A stretch of DNA of 59,226 nt from an uncultured Alphaproteobacteria bacterium (lineage in GTDB: Bacteria > Pseudomonadota > Alphaproteobacteria > SHNJ01), in contig CAYWJR010000002.1 in assembly GCA_964458615.1 (NCBI GenBank), positions 19,071-78,296 of the forward strand, read 5' to 3'. The position numbers and the translations under genes were made by a program. This document shows positions 9,152-18,075 of this stretch, piece by piece; positions within the stretch are counted from its first letter, which is position 1; each line of letters opens with the position of its first letter. Under the pieces are notes generated by a model. That model searched no databases and was not told where the DNA came from. It was given only the letters and a program-made list of their open reading frames with translations.

Positions 9152-9906
9152 ATACCCCGCATATTTACAGCGCCAAGGTGGTTCACAAACGAATACTGCC
9201 TAAAGAAAATTCATTCTCTTACTCCGTCTACTATCTCGTTTTACCCTTGCCCGCCTCAACGGTTCCCGGCTGGCTTGCAAGTTTTCATGCAAAAGACCTC
9301 GGATTTCGAGATGGCAGCGATCCTTTGGATTACGCCAAAAAAATTCTGGCCGATTATGGCCTAAACACGATCTGCGACAGAATTGTGTTGGTAACCATGC
9401 CGCGTGTTTTGGGATATGTTTTCAATCCTGTCAGCTTTTATCTCTGCCTTGACACCACAGACAGTCTAAGGGCGGTTTTATGTGAAGTGCATAATACGTT
9501 TGGCGAACAACACACCTATGTGTGCGCAAATCCCGATCATACTCCTATAAATGCTGAACAATGGCTGGAAGCGTCTAAGGAATTTCACGTCTCTCCTTTT
9601 CTGGATCGATCCGGCGATTATCTTTTTCGTTTCAATTTAAGCGCCGACAGTCTTGGTATATGGATAGACTATTATGATAAAGAGCAGCAAAAACAGTTGA
9701 TTACTTCGTTGATTGGAACATTCTCGCCCCTTACGCCATACTATCTTCGCCGCGCTTTTTGGCGGCATCCCATGGTCACTCTTAAGGCTATATCGCTTAT
9801 ACATTGGCAGGCGCTGCGACTGGTTTTTAAAGGCATTCGATACATTGCCAAGCCTGCGCAATTTGAAAGTAAAGTCACCGGCACCAGAAATCTTAAAAAA
9901 ATGTAA
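9145..9906 (+). CDS. DUF1365 family protein (UfaO/RSP1090-type)
   Basis: VVHKRILP..N.FSY, MPRVLGYVFNPVSFY.C, EVHNTFGEQHTY, KEFHVSPF, IHWQALRL..KG. Confidence 0.9.
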   Translation: MVNTPHIYSAKVVHKRILPKENSFSYSVYYLVLPLPASTVPGWLASFHAKDLGFRDGSDPLDYAKKILADYGLNTICDRIVLVTMPRVLGYVFNPVSFYLCLDTTDSLRAVLCEVHNTFGEQHTYVCANPDHTPINAEQWLEASKEFHVSPFLDRSGDYLFRFNLSADSLGIWIDYYDKEQQKQLITSLIGTFSPLTPYYLRRAFWRHPMVTLKAISLIHWQALRLVFKGIRYIAKPAQFESKVTGTRNLKKM

Positions 9907-9968
9907 GACAAGAGAAAGTCAAATGACAGGAAGCCAAGCTTATAAAAAAGGCTATAATGAGGTAAATT

Positions 9969-11129
9969 ATGTTTGATCGTCATATCACAAACCGCTTTCT
10001 GACCGCCCTGAATCATATTGAATATGGATCGATATCAATCGCAACGCCCGATGGAAAGAAGTATTCTTTCAGCGGGCCAAAGCCAGGGGCCTGTGCCCAA
10101 CTGGATATTCATGATTGGCGCGTGATCAGTGCGATGCTCCGGCACGGTGACATAGCTCTTGCGGAAGCGTACCGCGACGGTTGGTGGGATTCTTTCGATC
10201 CTGCCGAACTTTTTTTGTTCGGCCTGCAAAATCAATCTGCGCTCGATGGCTATATTTACGGCAACGCGTTCGGAAAACTGGCGTCGAGAATAGCTTATTT
10301 GTTTACGCGCAATACGGTGAATGGCAGCAAAAAAAATATTCATGCGCATTATGACCTGGGCAACGAATTCTATGCTCTTTGGCTCGACCCAAGCATGACC
10401 TACTCTTCGGCGATTTTTAAAAATGATACAGAAAACCTGCAAGCGGCTCAGCACCATAAATACGACCGGATTATCGAACGCTTAAACCCTTCGGGCAGCC
10501 TCTTGGAAATAGGATGCGGCTGGGGCGGTTTTGCCGAAAGAGCGCTTGGAAAAGGCGACTACAACATCAAAGGTTTGACGATTTCAAAGGCTCAGCATGA
10601 TTTCGCAACCAACCGCATAGGCAAGAATGCGGTGATCGCGCTAGAGGATTACCGCCATCAAAAAGGTTTGTACGACCAAATTGTATCCATCGAAATGTTC
10701 GAAGCGGTGGGCGAGAAATTCTGGCCTGTTTATTTCTCAAAAGTAAAATCCCTTTTAGCGGACAAAGGCAAGGCAGTCATTCAAACCATCACGATTGCGG
10801 ATGCGTGTTTCGAACGCTACCGCAAATGCGGCGATGCGATTCGCACTTTTATTTTTCCGGGCGGGATGCTGCCCTGCCCGTCGCGATTCCACGAAGAAAC
10901 CGCCAAGGCCGGATTGCGCGTGACGGACGAGTTCGCATTTGGCCAGGATTATGCCCTTACGTTGTCGCATTGGCTCAAAAACTTCGATGCCAAAGTCAAC
11001 CAGGTGAAAAGTATGGGTTTTGACGATAAATTTATACGCATGTGGCGGTTTTATCTGACCTGCTGCATCGCAGCTTTCAGACATGGCCGCACGAGCGTGG
11101 TGCAGTGGGAGTTGCAACATGCGGCATAG
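9969..11129 (+). CDS. cfa: Cyclopropane-fatty-acyl-phospholipid synthase family SAM methyltransferase
   Basis: NIHAHYDLGNEFY..WLDPSMTYSSA, LEIGCGWGG, SIEMFEAVG, FIFPGGMLP, DYALTL..W, RMWRFYL..C. Confidence 0.92.
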   Translation: MFDRHITNRFLTALNHIEYGSISIATPDGKKYSFSGPKPGACAQLDIHDWRVISAMLRHGDIALAEAYRDGWWDSFDPAELFLFGLQNQSALDGYIYGNAFGKLASRIAYLFTRNTVNGSKKNIHAHYDLGNEFYALWLDPSMTYSSAIFKNDTENLQAAQHHKYDRIIERLNPSGSLLEIGCGWGGFAERALGKGDYNIKGLTISKAQHDFATNRIGKNAVIALEDYRHQKGLYDQIVSIEMFEAVGEKFWPVYFSKVKSLLADKGKAVIQTITIADACFERYRKCGDAIRTFIFPGGMLPCPSRFHEETAKAGLRVTDEFAFGQDYALTLSHWLKNFDAKVNQVKSMGFDDKFIRMWRFYLTCCIAAFRHGRTSVVQWELQHAA

Positions 11130-11634
11130 TTTTATTATATTTTTTGCATTACTGCTTAACGCGCAGGCCGCATTTTCCGCGCAAGCTATTTTTTCAAGCA
11201 TTCCGAACGCTTCGGTCGTAGGCCGTGGCGTGCTGTCTTATGTTTTTTGGGATGTGTATGAAGCGACCTTGTATGCGCCAGAAGGAAGGTGGGATCCAGC
11301 GACACCGTTCGCTGTATCGATCGAATATTATCATTCGATTAACGGAGTAGACATCGCCGATGTATCGGTGCAGGAAATGCGCAGGCAGGGTTTTACCGAT
11401 GAAGTAAAGCTGGCGGCGTGGCATTCGCAAATGAAAGACATATTCCCAAATGTCAGCAACGGCACAGTTTTATCGGCTGTTTACACCCCCGGAAAGCAAA
11501 CCACTTTTTATAATTCAAACGAGATGATTGGTTCTGTAAAAGGCGATGATTTCGGGCAGCGGTTTTTTGGAATATGGCTTGACGAAAACACATCAAAGCC
11601 AAACTTGCGCCGCGCGCTTTTGGGTATGAAATGA
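11119..11634 (+). CDS. Chalcone-isomerase-like (fatty-acid-binding) periplasmic protein
   Basis: Signal peptide MRHSFIIFFALLLNAQAAFS; VG.G.LSY..WDVYEATLY, FFGIWLDE.TS.P.LRRALLG. Start ATG 11119 overlaps the cfa stop. Confidence 0.8.
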   Translation: MRHSFIIFFALLLNAQAAFSAQAIFSSIPNASVVGRGVLSYVFWDVYEATLYAPEGRWDPATPFAVSIEYYHSINGVDIADVSVQEMRRQGFTDEVKLAAWHSQMKDIFPNVSNGTVLSAVYTPGKQTTFYNSNEMIGSVKGDDFGQRFFGIWLDENTSKPNLRRALLGMK

Positions 11635-12956
11635 TAAAAACCAGCATCGCTGCCAAGCAGCTTACTTTGTATGGGGCAATTGCCCTGCCTTTGTCTTTTG
11701 CTGGCTTCCCGCTTTATGTTCTAGCCCCAGATTTTTATGCGACACATCATGGTTTATCCCTAACCCTGCTGGGCACATTGTTGTTGGCAATACGTCTTTT
11801 TGACGCCGTTCAAGATCCAATCATCGGCTGGCTGGCCGACAAGTGGCAACATAAATTTTTCCCTTTTGTGCTTGGGTCTGGATTAAGCCTGTGCGTTGCG
11901 ATTTTCGCGCTTTTTAATATGGTCGTTTTAAACCCTGCGATCTGGTTCGTTTTATGCCTGATTGTCGCGGTCAGCGCCTATAGCATTATCAGCATAATTT
12001 TAGGGTCATACGCAACACTTTGGACGGATGATAAAAACGATCAAACCCGCATCGCCGGAGCGCGCGAGGCATTCGGCCTTATCGGCATTATCATTGCCGT
12101 TTCTGTTCCTTCGGTCCTAGCGCACATAATCGCGCCGGAATCAGTCTATATTTGGTACAGCGGTATTTTGCTGTTACTTATGGCAATCGGAATAATTTGT
12201 TTTTCGAACTTGCCTGGAATTTTTTTACCGCCTGATCAACGCGCCGCAATGGCGCCAGCAGACTTGCGATCCGGTTTGCAATCTGTGTCACCGTTTGGCA
12301 AACGGATTTTCGCCATTTATGGAATCAGCATGCTGGCTTCCAGTATTCCGGCAGTGCTGGTGATTTTCTATGTGCGCGATCTGCTTTTTGCAGAACATAT
12401 TTTAGGGCTGTTTCTGTTCTTGTATTTCTTTTCCGGGGCAATTGGCATGCCGGTTTGGAAAAGGCTTAGTTCGCATTATGGCAAATGCCGCGCATGGGCT
12501 TTTTCCAACTTGTTGGCGGTGGCGGGTTTTATCGGCGCATTTTTTTTGGGCGCCGGAGACGTTTGGGCTTATGGCTTGGTTTGCATTGTATCAGGCCTTG
12601 CATTGGGCGCGGATTTGACACTGCCCCCCTCGATTCTGGCAGATGACATTCATTCAAATGGAAACAGCCGTTTTTCCGGTACACAATATGCGATTCTGGC
12701 TTTTTTATCGAAAGCAAGTCTTGCGGTCGCGTCCGCAATTGCCCTGCCCATGCTTGACTGGACGGGATTTATACCGCAGGCCGCAAATAGCAAACAAGCC
12801 TTGTTTGCGCTGTCCGCCGCTTATGCGCTTGTTCCTTGCATTCTAAAAATCATATCTGCGGGCTTGCTTTACAGGCTTTCTATTCAATTTAATTCAGGAG
12901 TATTACATGAAAACATTAAAGATTATGGCAACCATAGGAGTTCTTTTCATGCTTAA
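11631..12956 (+). CDS. MFS_2 (sugar/cation symporter-like) transporter
   Basis: About 12 hydrophobic segments; RLFDAVQDPIIGWLAD motif; conserved member of the cfa cluster. Confidence 0.85.
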   Translation: MIKTSIAAKQLTLYGAIALPLSFAGFPLYVLAPDFYATHHGLSLTLLGTLLLAIRLFDAVQDPIIGWLADKWQHKFFPFVLGSGLSLCVAIFALFNMVVLNPAIWFVLCLIVAVSAYSIISIILGSYATLWTDDKNDQTRIAGAREAFGLIGIIIAVSVPSVLAHIIAPESVYIWYSGILLLLMAIGIICFSNLPGIFLPPDQRAAMAPADLRSGLQSVSPFGKRIFAIYGISMLASSIPAVLVIFYVRDLLFAEHILGLFLFLYFFSGAIGMPVWKRLSSHYGKCRAWAFSNLLAVAGFIGAFFLGAGDVWAYGLVCIVSGLALGADLTLPPSILADDIHSNGNSRFSGTQYAILAFLSKASLAVASAIALPMLDWTGFIPQAANSKQALFALSAAYALVPCILKIISAGLLYRLSIQFNSGVLHENIKDYGNHRSSFHA

Positions 12957-13443
12957 CGGATGTGGCGGAAACAATCTAGATTATTACAAAGGCACAACGC
13001 CGCAGGCCGATATTAAGGAATATTTCAATGGACCCGTCAAGGCATGGGGTATCGTTCAAGACTGGCAAGGCCGTGTGGTTGGGCGATTTGATGTAAACAT
13101 GGTCGGCAAATGGGACGGCGACATTGGTACATTAACCGAAAATTTCGATTATTATAACGGCAAGAAACAGCAACGCGTATGGACAATAAAAAAACTGCCT
13201 AACGGCAGTTATGAAGGCACGGCTTCTGATATTATCGATAAGGCAACCGGCAAAACCGAAGGCAGCGCGGTGCGCTGGAACTATGTCATGGATTTACCCG
13301 TTGATGACACAACTTATCGCATTCGTTTCGACGATTGGATGTGGGTCATGAATGATGGCGTACTTATCAACCGTTCTTATCTGAAGAAATTTGGAATCAC
13401 CGTTTCCGAACTGACCATTTTCATGCAAAAGCAAAAGCCATGA
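12907..13443 (+). CDS. DUF3833 family lipoprotein
   Basis: Lipobox-like LNGC; EYFNG..KAWG, FDDWM, NRS..KKFG..V.EL.I.M.K. Confidence 0.85.
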   Translation: MKTLKIMATIGVLFMLNGCGGNNLDYYKGTTPQADIKEYFNGPVKAWGIVQDWQGRVVGRFDVNMVGKWDGDIGTLTENFDYYNGKKQQRVWTIKKLPNGSYEGTASDIIDKATGKTEGSAVRWNYVMDLPVDDTTYRIRFDDWMWVMNDGVLINRSYLKKFGITVSELTIFMQKQKP

Positions 13444-14201
13444 GCAAAACAGATTATAAAGACCAAATCGTCTGGATTATTGGTGCAAGCAGCGGCATAG
13501 GCCTTGCCCTTGCCCGCGAGCTTGCTGCGCGTGGGGCGATCCTGGCGTTGTCCGCCCGGCGCAAAGACGATCTGGAATCAATACAATCATCGCTTGGCCA
13601 CGTACACAAGGTTTTTGCCGTTGATGTAACTGATTCTGATATGGTTGCCCGAAGCGCACAAGCCATACGAGCCGCGTTTGGGCGGATCGATCGCGTGGTT
13701 TTCTTGGCCGCCGCATACGCGCCGATGAAACTGAATGCGCTGGCACAGCCCGTCACCCGGCAAATTGTCGATGTTAATTTGACGGGCGCTTTCAACATAG
13801 TTCATGCTGTCATTCCTATACTCAACAGCCAGCAAAACAAAGGCCAAATCGCATTGTGCGGAAGCGTTGCAGGTTATATCGGCCTGCCCGGCGGGCAGCC
13901 TTATAGCGCCACGAAGGCGGCAATCATCAACTTGGCCGAAAGCCTTTATGCGGAATCCAGCGGCAGATTTGATGTCAAGCTTATCAGCCCAGGTTTTGTT
14001 AGAACGCCGCTGACCGACAAGAACGATTTCACAATGCCGATGATTATCGGTCCGGAACAAGCCGCAAAAGAGATTGCCAATGGCCTGCTGTTGCAGCGTT
14101 TTGAAATTCACTTCCCAAAAAAATTTACAACCCTTTTAAAATTCATGCGCTTGCTGCCCTATGGGATGTCGCTGCGCTTGATTCGTATGATCAAATCTTA
14201 A
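13440..14201 (+). CDS. Short-chain dehydrogenase/reductase
   Basis: WIIGASSGIG, catalytic YSATKAA, PGFVRTPLTDKNDF.MP. Confidence 0.92.
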   Translation: MSKTDYKDQIVWIIGASSGIGLALARELAARGAILALSARRKDDLESIQSSLGHVHKVFAVDVTDSDMVARSAQAIRAAFGRIDRVVFLAAAYAPMKLNALAQPVTRQIVDVNLTGAFNIVHAVIPILNSQQNKGQIALCGSVAGYIGLPGGQPYSATKAAIINLAESLYAESSGRFDVKLISPGFVRTPLTDKNDFTMPMIIGPEQAAKEIANGLLLQRFEIHFPKKFTTLLKFMRLLPYGMSLRLIRMIKS

Positions 14202-14212
14202 GGAGAAAAGCC

Positions 14213-15322
14213 ATGAATATGTTATTTGAACCTCTTAAACTTGGCGAGATTGTTTTGCCCAACCGGATCGTTATGGCACCTTTGACCCGTATGCGCAGCA
14301 AACAGCCAGGCAACATTCCGCATGCGATCAATGCGGAATATTATGCGCAACGAGCAAGCGCTGGCTTGATCATCTCAGAAGCCACCCAAATCAGCCAGCA
14401 AGGCCAAGGTTATCCCGGAACACCCGGTATTCATAGTGACGAGCAAGTAGCAGGCTGGAAAACGGTGATACAGGCCGTGCACGCGAAGAACGGAAGAATT
14501 TTTCTGCAACTATGGCATGTCGGCAGAATTTCTCATTCTTCCCATCAGCCGGATAGCAAGCCGCCCGTCGCACCTTCTGCTATCGCGCCGACCGGTAAGG
14601 TTTTCACCGCTAATTGGAAACAGGCGGATTACGAAATGCCGCGCGCGCTAGAAATTTCTGAAATAGCCGAGATCCTCCAAGACTATCGGCACGCATGCGA
14701 AAAAGCCAAGATGGCGGGATTTGACGGCGTCGAAGTGCATGGCGCAAATGGCTATCTGCTTGACCAATTTCTGCAAGACGGAAGCAACAAACGCGACGAT
14801 GTTTATGGCGGGTCTATCGAAAATCGCGCGCGCTTGCTTTTGGAAGTCGTCGACATCGCCATTCATGTCTGGGGCAAAGGCCGTGTTGGCGTACGCCTTT
14901 CGCCTTATGGCACATTCAATGATATGAGCGATAGCGATCCAATAACTCTTTTTTCTTATGTTTTAAATGAACTTAATGACCGCCAGATCGCTTATGTGCA
15001 CATGATCGAACCCCGCGCCACTGGCGCTGGCGGCGGAGAAGCCATAAACCACAACGCGCCATCGACATCGGAATTATTCAAGAAAATGTTTAGCGGCGTT
15101 TTTATTTCCGCCGGCGGGTATTCCGCTGTGACGGCGGAAAACGCCGTTATTTCCGGACAGGCCGACGCAATCGCTTTCGGCAGGCTGTATATTTCGAATC
15201 CAGATCTGGTCGAACGGATCAAAAAAGGTGCGGATCTGACACCCTATAACCGCGCAACTTTTTACGGCGGGTCTGAAAAAGGCTATACGGATTATCCATT
15301 TCTGCCGGCAACGTCATCATGA
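14213..15322 (+). CDS. Old-yellow-enzyme alkene reductase (NemA-like)
   Basis: NRIVMAPLTR.R, YYAQRASAGLIISEAT, QLWHVGR.SH, GFDGVEVHGANGYLLDQFL, FGRLYISNPDL. Confidence 0.95.
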   Translation: MNMLFEPLKLGEIVLPNRIVMAPLTRMRSKQPGNIPHAINAEYYAQRASAGLIISEATQISQQGQGYPGTPGIHSDEQVAGWKTVIQAVHAKNGRIFLQLWHVGRISHSSHQPDSKPPVAPSAIAPTGKVFTANWKQADYEMPRALEISEIAEILQDYRHACEKAKMAGFDGVEVHGANGYLLDQFLQDGSNKRDDVYGGSIENRARLLLEVVDIAIHVWGKGRVGVRLSPYGTFNDMSDSDPITLFSYVLNELNDRQIAYVHMIEPRATGAGGGEAINHNAPSTSELFKKMFSGVFISAGGYSAVTAENAVISGQADAIAFGRLYISNPDLVERIKKGADLTPYNRATFYGGSEKGYTDYPFLPATSS

Positions 15323-15900
15323 CAAGGTCATTCATGAAAAGGTCTATATATGCCATTATAACAATTTTTACAGCGCTGTTAACCAGCCAAACCGCAGATG
15401 CGAAAATGCAAGAAAAAACCAGTTACGATTTCTCATTTAAAACGCTGATGGGCGAAGACCCTATGCCGCTGAAGCAGTTTGAAGGAAAAGTGATGTTAAT
15501 CGTCAACACCGCTTCGCACTGCGGCTTTACCCCGCAGTACGACAGCCTGGAAAAAATTTACACGAAATACAAAGACAGAGGTTTTGTAGTAATCGGCGTG
15601 CCAAGCAACGACTTTGGAAAGCAAGAATCAGGCAGCAATCGGGAAATAGCCGATTTTTGCAGAATCAATTACGGCGTGACTTTTCCTATGGCCTCAAAAG
15701 AGATCATCACCGGCGAAGGCGCCCATCCTTTTTATATCTGGGCGAAAAAGTCGCTTGGATTTGGAACCGCGCCCAAGTGGAATTTTCATAAATACCTAGT
15801 GGATCGCCGCGGCAATTTGATCGATTATTTTAATTCCACCACCAATCCCGACAGCGATCGCGTCAAAAAATCCATCGAAAAGGCGCTGGCCGCAGAATGA
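15319..15900 (+). CDS. Glutathione peroxidase (exported; alternative start 15334)
   Basis: NTASHCGFTPQY, PSNDFGKQE, KWNFHKYL; N-terminal signal-like segment. Confidence 0.93.
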   Translation: MTRSFMKRSIYAIITIFTALLTSQTADAKMQEKTSYDFSFKTLMGEDPMPLKQFEGKVMLIVNTASHCGFTPQYDSLEKIYTKYKDRGFVVIGVPSNDFGKQESGSNREIADFCRINYGVTFPMASKEIITGEGAHPFYIWAKKSLGFGTAPKWNFHKYLVDRRGNLIDYFNSTTNPDSDRVKKSIEKALAAE

Positions 15901-17432
15901 CCACAATCCGGTTGATTTTAGGCGATCAATTATCGGCTTGCGTCTCAAGTCTTAGGGATGCAAAGCCTGAAGACATTATTTTGATATGCGAAGTTATGGA
16001 AGAAGCGACCTATGTGCCGCATCACCCGAAAAAGATTGCGTTTCTGTTTTCCGCCATGCGCCATTTCGCGCAAGAATTGCGCGAGCAACATAAAAACGTG
16101 CGTTACATCGCCTTGGACGATGCGGACAACACGAACAGTTTTGAAGGCGAAGTCAATCGCGCAATCAAAGCAACCTCGGCGACCAGTTTGATAATAACGG
16201 AACCCGGCGAATACAGGCTTTTGAAGATTTTCAAAGAGTGGGAGAAAAAATTCGGCATTCCCGTCGAAATCCGCGCTGATGACCGGTTTTTGTGCGACAT
16301 CGATGAATTCAAAAAATGGGCTGGCAATAAACGCCAAACGCGCATGGAATATTTTTATCGCGACATGCGCAAAAAACATCGAATATTGGTCGAAGGAAAC
16401 GATGAACCGACAGGCGGCCAATGGAATTTCGATAAAGAAAACAGGAAAAGCCCGCCAAAAGGCCTTAGATCGCCAAAACGAATCAGCCACCGAAAGGATC
16501 AAATCACCAAAGATGTGCTTGAATTGGTGAAGGGGCGTTTTTCGAAACATTTTGGCAATCTTGAACCATTTCATTATGCGGTTACGCGCAAACAGGCCCT
16601 GATCGAACTGGATCATTTTATCAAGGAATTGTTGCCGCATTTTGGAGATTACCAAGATGCGATGGTTGCGGGCGAGCCGTATCTGTATCATTCCCTTATT
16701 TCGTCTTATCTGAACGCCGGCCTGCTTTTGCCGCTGGAAATATGCCGCAAAGCCGAAGACGCTTATCGCGCCGGCAAAGCTCCGCTCAATGCCGTGGAAG
16801 GTTTTATCCGCCAGATTCTTGGCTGGCGGGAATATGTGCGGGGCATTTACTGGCTGCACATGCCCAAATACGGCGATATGAACTATTTTGGCGCCACCGA
16901 ACCGCTTCCTGAATTTTATTGGACGGCGAATACGAAAATGGCCTGTGTGGCAGAGGCCGTGACACATACCCGCGACCATGCCTATTCGCACCATATTCAG
17001 CGCCTGATGGTTACCGGCAATTTCGCAATGCTCGCCGGACTTGATGTCAAACAAGTTCAAGAATGGTATCTATCGGTTTACAGCGACGCCTATGAATGGG
17101 TGGAAATGCCAAACACGCTTGGAATGGCTTTGTACGGCGATGGCGGAATTATGGGCAGCAAGCCTTATGCTGCCAGTGGAAAATATATTCACAAAATGAG
17201 CAATTTTTGCAGCAGTTGTCCTTACAATCCCAATCAAACCACAGAACATAATTCTTGCCCTTTCAACGCGCTTTATTGGGATTTTATGGTGCGCAACCGC
17301 GCGAAGCTTTCGCGGAACCACAGGCTGCCTTATGTTTATGCGACGTGGGAAAAATTCAGCCCGCAAAAACAAGCGGCGATAAAGTCAAAAGCCAAGCAAA
17401 CGATACAAGATATGCGGCAAGGAAAATTATGA
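15897..17432 (+). CDS. FeS-type cryptochrome/(6-4) photolyase (FeS-BCP; PhrB/CryB family)
   Basis: LILGDQL, HHPKKI..LFSAMRHFA, EGFIRQILGWREYVRG, HHIQRLM..GNF, WVEMPN..GM; four cluster Cys (EIC, NFC..C, SCPF). Confidence 0.93.
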   Translation: MTTIRLILGDQLSACVSSLRDAKPEDIILICEVMEEATYVPHHPKKIAFLFSAMRHFAQELREQHKNVRYIALDDADNTNSFEGEVNRAIKATSATSLIITEPGEYRLLKIFKEWEKKFGIPVEIRADDRFLCDIDEFKKWAGNKRQTRMEYFYRDMRKKHRILVEGNDEPTGGQWNFDKENRKSPPKGLRSPKRISHRKDQITKDVLELVKGRFSKHFGNLEPFHYAVTRKQALIELDHFIKELLPHFGDYQDAMVAGEPYLYHSLISSYLNAGLLLPLEICRKAEDAYRAGKAPLNAVEGFIRQILGWREYVRGIYWLHMPKYGDMNYFGATEPLPEFYWTANTKMACVAEAVTHTRDHAYSHHIQRLMVTGNFAMLAGLDVKQVQEWYLSVYSDAYEWVEMPNTLGMALYGDGGIMGSKPYAASGKYIHKMSNFCSSCPYNPNQTTEHNSCPFNALYWDFMVRNRAKLSRNHRLPYVYATWEKFSPQKQAAIKSKAKQTIQDMRQGKL

Positions 17433-17553
17433 ACGAGAATAACCTCTGCTGATAAAGTTTCGTCTATCTGCAATCATACACAGACGAAATAAATTATTGT
17501 GTATTTCCGCTTTATTGTGGTTCAGGACAAAATCAATTGTAAGGAAAATTCCA

Positions 17554-17910
17554 GTGCAAAATAATGAATTTTATATATCGATAACCGGTCTCGAACTGAA
17601 AAGCCCTATTTATTTTTTCTCCTTCTGGTGGCACGCAGTTCGTTCGATGATCCAGGCGCGGTCGGCACCAGGAAACATCAGCGCTCAGGCGAAAACGATC
17701 AACGGAATTCACCACACATTGTCCGTTTGGAAAGATGAAAAAGCGACACGCGGTTATATTTTTTCTGGCAATCATCTTCAGGCTATAAAGGCATTTAACC
17801 GCATAGCAACGGGAAAAACTTTTGGGTTTAGAGCGCAGACAATTCCAAACTGGGCGGAAGTCCATCGGATTTGGAACGAAAAAGGCGTATCATACGGCAA
17901 AAGCCGCTAG
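17554..17910 (+). CDS. DUF3291-like (ABM-fold) protein
   Basis: GTG start after AAGGA RBS; YISITGL.LK..F.FWWHAV.SM.QA..APG, HHTLSVW..E.A.R.Y..SG.HL.A. Confidence 0.6.
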   Translation: MQNNEFYISITGLELKSPIYFFSFWWHAVRSMIQARSAPGNISAQAKTINGIHHTLSVWKDEKATRGYIFSGNHLQAIKAFNRIATGKTFGFRAQTIPNWAEVHRIWNEKGVSYGKSR

Positions 17911-18075
17911 CGGCACCCCACATGTCATTAATTATTGATACACCATCGTTAAAATCGTAAAATTAAGCAATACGCCGGATTTCCGCAACATTAGGCGCAT
18001 TCCAATTATTTGCTGGCGCTTTGCCATAAAACGCCATAAAACCTTGGTTCCATTTTAACGGACCAAGTTATTTTA

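Noticed and set aside
15945-17060. 371-aa antisense ORF over the photolyase
   Set aside because: Shadow ORF; the sense frame has all FeS-BCP motifs.
17458-17489. 8-bp inverted repeat TTTCGTCT-N16-AGACGAAA after the photolyase
   Set aside because: Weak stem, long loop and no U-tract; cannot tell terminator from operator from chance.
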